A DNA stretch of 25,864 nucleotides from a virus (taxonomy: Duplodnaviria; Caudoviricetes): IMG/VR virus record IMGVR_UViG_3300044724_006620, positions 1 to 25,864 of that record; one strand, written 5' to 3'. The notes beneath the pieces were generated by a model. The model had not been told where the DNA came from. It made no database searches and worked only from the letters and a program-made list of their open reading frames with translations. Both the position numbers and the translations under genes were made by a program. Each line of letters starts with the position of its first letter. Positions within the stretch are counted from its first letter, which is position 1. Below are positions 1-6,527 of this stretch, piece by piece.

Positions 1-87
1 CACTCGATCGAGACTCCGCACGCGGCCGAGATTGCTCGCTTCGTAGTGCTTCCATCCAGGGATGCGACGCCATTCCTCGCCATTCAT
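1..87 (-). CDS. NUMOD4-motif protein (probable HNH endonuclease), 5' part only, runs off the window
   Basis: Not in the ORF track. Manual translation from ATG 87 gives MNGEEWRRIPGWKHYEASNLGRVRSLDRV, matching the NUMOD4 pattern E-W-x-x-I-P-G...Y-x-x-S-N-x-G-R-V-R-S. ATGA overlap with the upstream stop at 84-86. Confidence 0.85.
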   Translation of the reverse strand, partial: MNGEEWRRIPGWKHYEASNLGRVRSLDRV

Positions 88-305
88 GCCCGTCCCCGCT
101 TTGCTCGAAACCGCCGGATCCGCTCGCGACGGAGGAGCCGCTCGAGCATCGTCCGCGTCTCCTCGAGCTCGGCGCGCGCCTGGTCGCGCTCGGTGTGGAG
201 CTGCTCGACAAGCGCGCGCATAGTCTCCAGCGTCACGAGGTACGCCTTTGCCGACGTCGAGAGCTCGGCGAGCTGGGCGCGGTCGGTGTTGCTTGCGTCG
301 CTCAT
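84..305 (-). CDS. Hypothetical coiled-coil protein (73 aa)
   Basis: Helical heptad-like sequence with a basic tail; ATGA overlaps at both ends. Confidence 0.7.
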   Translation of the reverse strand: MSDASNTDRAQLAELSTSAKAYLVTLETMRALVEQLHTERDQARAELEETRTMLERLLRRERIRRFRAKRGRA

Positions 306-544
306 GCCGCACCGCCCGGCCAGCGGCCATGCGTCTTGAGGAACGTCTCACGCGCGGCGGTGTCTCGGCATCGATAGAAGCCGTTGATCCGCTTGAACGG
401 GATCACACGAGCGACAAACGTGCGCGTTCCGCATGAGTAGTGCGCTCGAGCGAAGTGATGCGCGTCACCGCCTGCGCGCCATTCGGCAGGATCGAGCGAC
501 TCGGTGCCACCGCATGCGCGACAGATCACGAAAAGCCGCTCCAT
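302..544 (-). CDS. Hypothetical Cys/His protein (80 aa), possible Zn-binding
   Basis: Start reassigned to ATG 544 (TGATG overlap with the upstream stop); CRAC near the N-terminus and HYSC later. Confidence 0.65.
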   Translation of the reverse strand: MERLFVICRACGGTESLDPAEWRAGGDAHHFARAHYSCGTRTFVARVIPFKRINGFYRCRDTAARETFLKTHGRWPGGAA

Positions 545-633
545 CACACGATCCAGAGCAGGAACCAGAGCCCGCCGACAATCAGAGCCGCGCCGATGAA
601 CGCCTCGAACCATGCCTGATTGGTCGCGGTCAT
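544..633 (-). CDS. 29-aa single-pass membrane peptide
   Basis: Manual translation MTATNQAWFEAFIGAALIVGGLWFLLWIV*. Coupled by ATGA upstream and TGATG downstream, exactly filling the gap between neighbours. Confidence 0.7.
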   Translation of the reverse strand: MTATNQAWFEAFIGAALIVGGLWFLLWIV

Positions 634-797
634 GCCTGCTCCTCTGCCCACCGCGTGACGGTGTCTGCCATGCTTTCGCCGATGTAGGCCGCTGCCCGGA
701 TCAGCTCTGCGATCCGAGGCTCAACGCGTCCGACCTGGACCGTCCTCCGCGCCTTGCCCTTCATCGGGCGCCCTGTCTGCTTCTTGTCCTCGCTCAT
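630..797 (-). CDS. 55-aa putative ribbon-helix-helix-like DNA-binding protein
   Basis: Manual translation MSEDKKQTGRPMKGKARRTVQVGRVEPRIAELIRAAAYIGESMADTVTRWAEEQA*: GRP arm, short strand, two helices. GGAGAGAGAGC lies immediately before the ATG. Confidence 0.7.
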   Translation of the reverse strand: MSEDKKQTGRPMKGKARRTVQVGRVEPRIAELIRAAAYIGESMADTVTRWAEEQA

Positions 798-832
798 GCT
801 CTCTCTCCAGAGTGTGAGGTTCTACCGGCTAA

Positions 833-859
833 GGCCCGACCTCCGAGGAGGTACGGGCC
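833..859 (-). other. Intergenic GC-rich hairpin (weak terminator or stabiliser)
   Basis: Minus strand GGCCCG-T-ACCTC-ctcg-GAGGT-CGGGCC: 11 bp with one bulge, no U-tract. Confidence 0.5.
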
Positions 860-879
860 GGGCGAGGCGCCGGGGCGTG

Positions 880-1071
880 TCAGAGCGTGTTCGCGTGCCG
901 CACAGCCTCGATCCATGCGTCTGCAATGTCCTCGCCTGCATCGAAGCACAACCGCGCAAACTCCTCGCGGTCCTGCTGTCCCATGACGCAAGACCACGCC
1001 TCGTCGGTAATGCTGCTCAGGAAGTTCAGAGCGTCGGCGATGTATTCGGTGCGGAGCTGGTTGCGGGTCAT
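880..1071 (-). CDS. Hypothetical acidic protein (63 aa)
   Basis: GAGAGAGA 4 nt before the ATG; first gene after the predicted promoter at 1120-1148. Confidence 0.7.
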   Translation of the reverse strand: MTRNQLRTEYIADALNFLSSITDEAWSCVMGQQDREEFARLCFDAGEDIADAWIEAVRHANTL

Positions 1072-1090
1072 GATGTCTCTCTCGGTTGAC

Positions 1091-1112
1091 TCGCCGGGTT
1101 CCCCCCCGGCGA
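1091..1112 (-). other. 5'-leader hairpin
   Basis: TCGCCGGG-N6-CCCGGCGA, a perfect 8-bp stem beginning at the expected transcription start of the 1120-1148 promoter. Confidence 0.55.
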
Positions 1113-1119
1113 TGTCTTC

Positions 1120-1163
1120 ATCTTAGTGCAGCAGAAACCAGCCGTCCACATATCCGCTGCACT
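1120..1163 (-). promoter_or_regulatory. Sigma70-type promoter overlapped by an 8-bp inverted repeat (putative operator)
   Basis: TGGACG (1148-1143), N17, TAAGAT (1125-1120), with an AT-rich tract upstream. AGTGCAGC at 1125-1132 and GCTGCACT at 1156-1163. Confidence 0.55.
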
Positions 1164-1209
1164 TTTATCAATCTTTCTTGCAGCGTCGACGAGAACGCGC
1201 ACGGGATCG

Positions 1210-1710
1210 CTATAATGCCCGATCCGGATGCATCGTAGCCGCGACCGCGACCGCAAGCCCGAGCGCCTGCCACGCGTGCGAGCTGACACCGTAGAGCGCG
1301 CCCGGTGTCCGCTTGGTGCCGATGGCCGTCGCCCGCTCGCCTCCGTGCATCTCGATCATGCGAGCCCGGACGGCTGCGTCGCGGTTGCCAGGTGCTCCGA
1401 GGAGGTCAAGCCAGAGCAGAACGTCTCGCCTGGTGAGCCAGACGAACTCGCAACCACCGAGGATCGCGCGCTCCCGGACGCGTCCGAAAACCTCGGCAGT
1501 GTAGAGCAGGGACGAGCCAGAGATCCCGTAGCTCTGCACGCGCTCGCATGCGACGAGGTCGCACTCCGCCGCCTTGATCCGGAGTGTGATCTCGTCGAGT
1601 AGCTCCGGAACCGGTCGCGCCTTCCACGCCTCGAGGACGCGACGCTTCTCCGTGTCGTAGAGCACGACGCCGCACTTTTGCGGACCCGGGTCGATTGCCA
1701 AAATACGCAC
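1210..1710 (-). CDS. RuvC-like Holliday junction resolvase (RNase H fold), phage type
   Basis: N-terminal ILAIDPG, LVACE acidic residue, C-terminal HAWQALGLAVA helix; GTG start with a GA-rich RBS. Confidence 0.8.
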   Translation of the reverse strand: MRILAIDPGPQKCGVVLYDTEKRRVLEAWKARPVPELLDEITLRIKAAECDLVACERVQSYGISGSSLLYTAEVFGRVRERAILGGCEFVWLTRRDVLLWLDLLGAPGNRDAAVRARMIEMHGGERATAIGTKRTPGALYGVSSHAWQALGLAVAVAATMHPDRAL

Positions 1711-1722
1711 TTGGTTTCTCTC

Positions 1723-1753
1723 TCTGGCCGAATCTGGCCGAATCTGGCCGAAT
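1723..1753. repeat. Three exact tandem copies of the 10-mer TCTGGCCGAA
   Basis: Copies at 1723-1732, 1733-1742 and 1743-1752, abutting the RBS of the RuvC-like gene. Confidence 0.95.
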
Positions 1754-1758
1754 GGGAA

Positions 1759-1874
1759 GGCCCGCCCGATGCCGCTCCGTGGTGGGAAGCGCCGCCCCCG
1801 GCGCCGAGAGCAGCGTGCGAGCCGGTCGAAGTGCCTTGCCTACTGACTACGACCGCGTCTCGGACGGGCGGGCC
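1759..1874 (-). ncRNA. Putative multi-stem structured RNA or 5' leader
   Basis: 10-bp perfect closing stem (1759-1768 with 1865-1874), inner stems 1823-1832/1846-1855 and 1790-1815. The latter needs three G-U pairs that exist only on the minus strand. Confidence 0.5.
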
Positions 1875-1880
1875 GCGGTT

Positions 1881-1910
1881 ACTATGCGCTGCCGTTAGGG
1901 TCAAGGTCAA
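1881..1910 (-). promoter_or_regulatory. Putative leftward sigma70-type promoter
   Basis: TTGACC (1910-1905, duplicated at 1904-1899), N18, CATAGT (1886-1881). Predicted start near 1874 coincides with the 5' end of the closing stem. Confidence 0.45.
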
Positions 1911-1970
1911 GCGGTGACCCTGCGACCGCTGCCGCCCGCGATACAGTCTCGGCAGAGAGAGAGGACAACC

Positions 1971-2207
1971 ATGCTCGACTTTCAGACGGTCGACTGCCCT
2001 GCGTGCGCAGTCGGCTACAACCCGTCGACCGGAGGCCACTGCAGGCGGTGCCGCGGAGACGGGAGAGTGCTCGCGTGCACGCGGTGCGGCGGTGCGGGGT
2101 ACTACGAAACGACGCTAGTGCTCGACTCGCGACGCCAACTCCTTGAATGTTGCTGCTTCCGCTGCCTCGGTAGCGGAGCCGAGCCGCCGCCGCTCGAGGA
2201 GGACTGA
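1971..2207 (+). CDS. Small DnaJ-type zinc-finger protein (78 aa)
   Basis: Four CxxC pairs, three as CxxCxGxG (CRRCRGDG, CTRCGGAG, CFRCLGSG). Start moved to ATG 1971 behind CAGAGAGAGAGG. Confidence 0.8.
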   Translation: MLDFQTVDCPACAVGYNPSTGGHCRRCRGDGRVLACTRCGGAGYYETTLVLDSRRQLLECCCFRCLGSGAEPPPLEED

Positions 2208-2581
2208 TGACCGGCGAGGAACTGCGGAGGAATCTCCGCCTATCGTGGGGCGATGGTCGCGCGTTTGGGATCCGGGAGCTGGACGGCGTGCTTTTGTCGA
2301 TGCGTGATGCGTTTCCTCCGCACATTGACGTTTCGCTCGTCTGCGCGACGTGCATGCCTCCGGAGCGCGTCCTCGACGTGACGACGCGCATTATCCTCGG
2401 AGCCTACGGGACCGTGCGCGACTGCCTCGACGCACTCGACGAGGCTCCGACCGTCGTCCGGTGCCGCGATGACGACGGCGAGCCGACCGGCATGTATCGC
2501 CTCGTCTGGGCGCATCCAGGCGGCAGGATGATCCTGCACGTCTACGCCGAGGATCTCATCGCAAACGGCCTCGAGCTCTGA
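2207..2581 (+). CDS. Hypothetical protein (124 aa)
   Basis: TGATG overlap with the upstream gene, GAGGAGG RBS, globular composition. Confidence 0.75.
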   Translation: MTGEELRRNLRLSWGDGRAFGIRELDGVLLSMRDAFPPHIDVSLVCATCMPPERVLDVTTRIILGAYGTVRDCLDALDEAPTVVRCRDDDGEPTGMYRLVWAHPGGRMILHVYAEDLIANGLEL

Positions 2582-2594
2582 CAGAGGAGAGAGC

Positions 2595-3410
2595 ATGACA
2601 GACCCGTATTTCTCGCGACCTGGTGTGAACTGGTCGCGCTTGAAGCTCGCCCGCTCGAGCGTCCTCCACTACCGGGACACGCCAGACCGCCCCGATACCG
2701 CCGCCCTCGGCATGCTGCGGGCCGTCCATGCAATGGTCCTCGAGCCGGAGCACGTCGCTCGTGACTTCGTCGTCTGGACCGGCGCCGCTCGTCGCGGCAA
2801 GGTCTGGGAAGCATTCAAGCTCGACAACGCGGACCGCACAATCTTGACCGAGAAGGAGCACCGAGAAGCGTCGAGGATCGCGTCCGCTGTCATGCGCTAC
2901 ACGCCGGGCGCCGAGCTCCTCGCCATGAACGACGCCCGGACCGAGGTGCCGTTGTACTGGCGCGATGCGCGGACCGGCCTCGAGTGCAAGGGAAAGGCGG
3001 ATCTCGTCATCGAGCGCGGTGACGTCGTGTGGCTCGTCGATCTAAAGTCCGTCAGATCCGTGAACCCGCGACAGATGGCAAGCGACGCCGCCCGAATGGG
3101 CTACCACGGCCAGCTCGAGCACTACGCGCTCGGCCTCGAGGCGGTCACCGGAAAGCCCGTCGAGCGCGTCGGCCTCCTCTGCGTCGAAGGCACCGCGCCG
3201 CATGATTGCGGGCTGTTCTGGTTGGATGACGTCTCGCGCCAGGCGGGCCGCGCGCTCCGAGATGACCTACTCTCGAAGGTCGCAGACGCGAGCCGGGAGC
3301 AGCACTGGCCCGGACAGGTGCCGCGCCCGGCGATGATGACGCTCCCGAGCTGGGCACTCGACGAGGCGCACGACTTCACAGACACATTTACCGGAGGGAC
3401 CGATGCCTGA
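2595..3410 (+). CDS. RecE/exonuclease VIII-like PD-(D/E)XK nuclease (DUF3799-like)
   Basis: N-terminal Y..PGVNWSRLK, RAVHAMVLEP, TEVPLYW, catalytic CKGKAD...LVDLKS, and GYHGQ..HY motifs. Confidence 0.88.
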   Translation: MTDPYFSRPGVNWSRLKLARSSVLHYRDTPDRPDTAALGMLRAVHAMVLEPEHVARDFVVWTGAARRGKVWEAFKLDNADRTILTEKEHREASRIASAVMRYTPGAELLAMNDARTEVPLYWRDARTGLECKGKADLVIERGDVVWLVDLKSVRSVNPRQMASDAARMGYHGQLEHYALGLEAVTGKPVERVGLLCVEGTAPHDCGLFWLDDVSRQAGRALRDDLLSKVADASREQHWPGQVPRPAMMTLPSWALDEAHDFTDTFTGGTDA

Positions 3411-3975
3411 TATCTCGCACACGATCACCGCTAAGAGTGACCAGCTCAACGCCGGCGACCTCGCCGCTCCTGTCGTCGTCGAAGTCCGGGCCGTCCGCGT
3501 CGTCAACGAGGAGCAGCCCGTGCACGTCGAGCTCGTCGGAACCTATCAGCCGTGGAAGCCGTGCAAGGGTATGCGGCGCCTCCTCGCGCAGAGCTGGGGA
3601 ACGAACACCGACACTTGGCCTGGTCACCGCGTCGAGCTCTACAACGATCCGACAGTGACGTGGGCGGGGCAGGCGGTCGGCGGGATCCGAGTCTCGGCGA
3701 TCTCCGGCATCGACAAGCCGCTCCGGTACGTGATGCGGACGTCGAAGAAGGGAACGCAGACGTATGAGGTCCGTCCGCTCGAGCGTGGCAAGGGGATCGA
3801 GGAGGTCCGTGCCGGTCTCCTCGACTACGCTGCCGGTAAGGGTGTGAGCCGCGAGCAGATCGACGCGTTCCTCGCCGAGCATGGCACCGCCCTCGAGGAG
3901 CTCAACGCCTCCGACCTCCGCGCACTCGGAAAGGATCTCGACAAGGTCCGCGAGCACGCCGCCTCGGCCTCGTGA
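3403..3975 (+). CDS. Conserved phage protein partnered with the RecE-like nuclease; putative ssDNA-binding or annealing protein
   Basis: Motifs KSDQLNAGDL, PWKPCKGMRRLL..WG and V..AG..VGGIRVS; GGAGG RBS; overlaps the nuclease gene. Function inferred from position. Confidence 0.65.
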   Translation: MPDISHTITAKSDQLNAGDLAAPVVVEVRAVRVVNEEQPVHVELVGTYQPWKPCKGMRRLLAQSWGTNTDTWPGHRVELYNDPTVTWAGQAVGGIRVSAISGIDKPLRYVMRTSKKGTQTYEVRPLERGKGIEEVRAGLLDYAAGKGVSREQIDAFLAEHGTALEELNASDLRALGKDLDKVREHAASAS

Positions 3976-4433
3976 CGGTGTACCTACCGACGCCGCCCGG
4001 TCTCGTGGTGCCTCCGATCAAGGTGCTTCACCGCGACCTCCTCCGGGCGATCGTAGAGCACTGCCCTCGAGGCGGCGGCGTGACGATCGCCGAGCTCGGT
4101 CCGATGATCGATCGGCAGGAGGGATCCGTGCGGCATGCGCTCTCGGTGCTCCGATGGCACGGCCTCGTCGCGGCGTACTCGGTGACGGCTACGCGAGCTC
4201 CTCGGCCTGCGACGCTGTCGCCGACGTTGGAAGCGGTCCTCGAGTGGATTCAGCACGAGGAGCACTGCGGGCGATACTGCGCAAGCCGCACGATCGGTAA
4301 GCGCTTCGGACTCAGTGAGCGCGCCGCCGGCTTTCATGTCATGCGGTTGCGCCAGCTCGGCCTGGTCTGGCCTCGAGGCGTTGTGCGCCCGACTCCGGAG
4401 GGTGTTCGGTGGGACCGCGATACGCCCTGGTGA
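3972..4433 (+). CDS. Tandem winged-HTH DNA-binding protein
   Basis: Two similar HTH units, TIAELGPMIDRQEGSVRHALSVLRWHGLV and SRTIGKRFGLSERAAGFHVMRLRQLGLV; GTGA overlap. Confidence 0.75.
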   Translation: MTVYLPTPPGLVVPPIKVLHRDLLRAIVEHCPRGGGVTIAELGPMIDRQEGSVRHALSVLRWHGLVAAYSVTATRAPRPATLSPTLEAVLEWIQHEEHCGRYCASRTIGKRFGLSERAAGFHVMRLRQLGLVWPRGVVRPTPEGVRWDRDTPW

Positions 4434-4454
4434 TAGGTTGAGCCCGGGGCACCG

Positions 4455-5201
4455 ATGAACCTGCGCGAAACACTGACCCAGGTTGCCGACCGGCTGCAAC
4501 TCGCGTTCGTCATCGGCACGGTTCCGACCGACGGCAGCGGCGATATCCTCCTGCTCCACGCAAACGCCGCCGCGGCTGCGCTCTTCGGCTATGCGGACCC
4601 GACAAGCATGCGCGGCCTCGACGTCCGGGCTCTGATGCCTCCCGAGGTCGCTGCCGGTCATCAAGGACACGTAGGCGGCTACGTCGACCGCGTCGCCCGT
4701 CGTGAAGGACGGATGACAGCGTCGACGATCATGGGCGCATGGAGAAACCTCGAGGGAGTCAGGCGCGACGGGTCACGGGTCGCCCTCGCCGGAAACGTCG
4801 CCGACATTGTGAACAGCGAGGAACGCTATTTCGTTGCGATCTTCCGCGACCGCACTACCGAGGTGGAAGCCGAGGACCGACTCACCGAGGCTGCCGAGCG
4901 CGCGGACGAGCTCCGACAGGCTGCCGAGGATGCAGCTCGACAAGCCGACGAGGCTCGAGCCGCTGCCGAGGACGGCCTCCTCCGACAGCAGCGCCTATCA
5001 GGACAGGTGACCCTACTTCGGCAAATCTTCGCCGGAACGGTCGGCCTGGTTGTGATGCTTGGCGCGCTTGTCGTCGCTCAATGGTCGACAGGATCCACCG
5101 GCGAGGGGCTCTCGATGATTAAGGACGTGCTCCTCGTCCTGACCGGTATCCTCGGCTCTGCTATGGCGTCGGTGTTCGATAGCCGGAAGCAGGAAGGATA
5201 A
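4455..5201 (+). CDS. FixL-like PAS domain + coiled coil + two C-terminal transmembrane helices
   Basis: N.AA..LFGY, G.DV..LMP-x6-H69, IMG..R97, GVRRDG and YFVAIFRD motifs; Ala/Glu/Arg coiled coil at about aa 135-190; hydrophobic segments at about aa 191-210 and 225-241. Confidence 0.88.
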   Translation: MNLRETLTQVADRLQLAFVIGTVPTDGSGDILLLHANAAAAALFGYADPTSMRGLDVRALMPPEVAAGHQGHVGGYVDRVARREGRMTASTIMGAWRNLEGVRRDGSRVALAGNVADIVNSEERYFVAIFRDRTTEVEAEDRLTEAAERADELRQAAEDAARQADEARAAAEDGLLRQQRLSGQVTLLRQIFAGTVGLVVMLGALVVAQWSTGSTGEGLSMIKDVLLVLTGILGSAMASVFDSRKQEG

Positions 5202-5228
5202 GCGCCGCCGCCGGGCGAGGCGCCTTAC
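5199..5228. terminator. Possible hairpin between the convergent stop codons
   Basis: GCGCC...GGCGC stem with an inner GCC/GGC pair in the 23-nt gap; no U-tract. Confidence 0.3.
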
Positions 5229-5596
5229 TCCGCCGCGCATGCCTGCCGGGCGATGTAGGCGTCCCGGATTAGCCCGCACTCTGGACGGTTTGCCGAGCTC
5301 TGCCCGTACTGCCAGCACGCCTGGAGAGAGCACGCGAGACCGAGCGGGTCTGCGATGCACGCCGGCGGAGTCTCGGCGAGCTTGTCGCGGAGCTCGGCGT
5401 CGATGACCATCGGACGCGACGCCGCGGTGAGGATCTCGGTTTGCCCGTCAAGGATGGTGTCGAGCTGCTGTGCCTGCGCCTCGAGGACCTCCGAGGTCGA
5501 GTCGGGCGCCGTCGCCCGGCCTGCCAGGAAGCCGCCCGCGGTGAGCACGACGGCAGAGACAGAGACAATCGCGATCGATGTTCCAACCGGCATCAT
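5225..5596 (-). CDS. Membrane-anchored lysis-cassette protein, spanin (Rz)-like, 123 aa
   Basis: Start reassigned to ATG 5596 (ATGA overlap with the amidase stop). N-terminal TM, helical linker, five Cys in the C-terminal third; follows the endolysin. Confidence 0.55.
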   Translation of the reverse strand: MMPVGTSIAIVSVSAVVLTAGGFLAGRATAPDSTSEVLEAQAQQLDTILDGQTEILTAASRPMVIDAELRDKLAETPPACIADPLGLACSLQACWQYGQSSANRPECGLIRDAYIARQACAAE

Positions 5597-6180
5597 TCGC
5601 CCCACTGCATGCACCCGACCGCGAGTGCGCGTCCGACCGCCCGGAGCCCGTCGGCAGTCATTAGCGCCTGGTTGCGCTTGGAGTCGATGAAGAAGGGCTC
5701 GTAGCAGATGCCGGAGAGGTTGCCGGGACCGCTGTAGATGCCCTTGATCGTGGTCATCGCGCGCGCCCACGATCCCTCGTGGTCTGCCGCTCGGACGAGG
5801 GTGCGATCCAGCGCGGCGTTATCGGTGCCGAGTGCATCGGCCACGGCCTCGGCGAGCGCATGCCCTCCGCGGCTGCGAGCATCATGCAGCACCAGACCGT
5901 AAGAACCGCCGCCGGCGTTGATGTGACAAGCGACGTAGGCAATCCGCTCGTCCGGGTTCTCGCGGGCGATCTCGCAGGCTCGGGCGTGTCTCGCACTGTA
6001 CCAGCCGTCCTCGAGCACATAGACCGCATGGCCCTCGGCGTTGAGGAGGTCCGTCGCCGCCTCGATGTAGGCGCGGGTCAAGTCGACCTCGTAGACGGTC
6101 CGCCCGTCGAGCTCCACCGATGCGCCGCGGTCGTTCTTGCCCGGCTTGCCGGCGTGCTGCCGGTCGAGGATGACGATCAC
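5593..6180 (-). CDS. Endolysin, N-acetylmuramoyl-L-alanine amidase (Amidase_3 family)
   Basis: Zn ligands in ILDRQH, YEVDL and ACHINA; catalytic Glu in CYEPFFIDS; no cell-wall-binding domain. Confidence 0.92.
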   Translation of the reverse strand: MIVILDRQHAGKPGKNDRGASVELDGRTVYEVDLTRAYIEAATDLLNAEGHAVYVLEDGWYSARHARACEIARENPDERIAYVACHINAGGGSYGLVLHDARSRGGHALAEAVADALGTDNAALDRTLVRAADHEGSWARAMTTIKGIYSGPGNLSGICYEPFFIDSKRNQALMTADGLRAVGRALAVGCMQWGE

Positions 6181-6527
6181 TCCGGCACCCCGTTGACGGT
6201 GACACTCGGGAGACCGTCGAGCTTCGCCACGAGCGCCTCGTGCCGCTTGTACAAACCGCCCACCTTGCGCTCAATCGTGTCGAGCTGCGACCCGAGCGCC
6301 TCGGAGCGGCTGTGGCAATCCTGCATCGAGTCGAGCCACGCCTCCCGGTCTGCCTTGTGCTGCGCCAGGAGCTCGTCGACCTGGTTGAGATGCTGGTCGA
6401 CCCACCGCTTGACCGCTGGGAGGATGGTCTGCGTGCCGAACCGCCACAATCCGAGACTCATGCCGAGGAGCAGCACGAGCGACGAGGTCGGACCGGTGAG
6501 AAGGGAAATCGTCGCCTCGTCCATCAT
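6177..6527 (-). CDS. Putative holin (one TM + coiled coil)
   Basis: Hydrophobic SLVLLLGMSLGLWRF followed by a heptad-rich tail; directly upstream of and overlapping the amidase. Confidence 0.65.
   Translation of the reverse strand: MMDEATISLLTGPTSSLVLLLGMSLGLWRFGTQTILPAVKRWVDQHLNQVDELLAQHKADREAWLDSMQDCHSRSEALGSQLDTIERKVGGLYKRHEALVAKLDGLPSVTVNGVPE

Noticed and set aside
1723-1753. Tandem repeat considered as a mini CRISPR array
   Set aside because: Units are 10 bp with no spacers and there are no cas genes.
1759-1874. tRNA or hammerhead ribozyme interpretation of the structured region
   Set aside because: No correctly placed T-loop, anticodon arm or CUGANGA/GAAA core; kept only as an unclassified structure.
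5269-5586. Alternate-frame ORF with LSLSLPSC, considered as an embedded Rz1 lipoprotein
   Set aside because: The hydrophobic stretch is too short, the lipobox is poor, it sits at the very start of the host gene, and the remainder is Arg/Ser shadow sequence.
6522-6527. Met-Met start of the putative holin as a lambda S-type dual-start motif
   Set aside because: No charged residue lies between the two Met codons; the first ATG is explained by the ATGA overlap.
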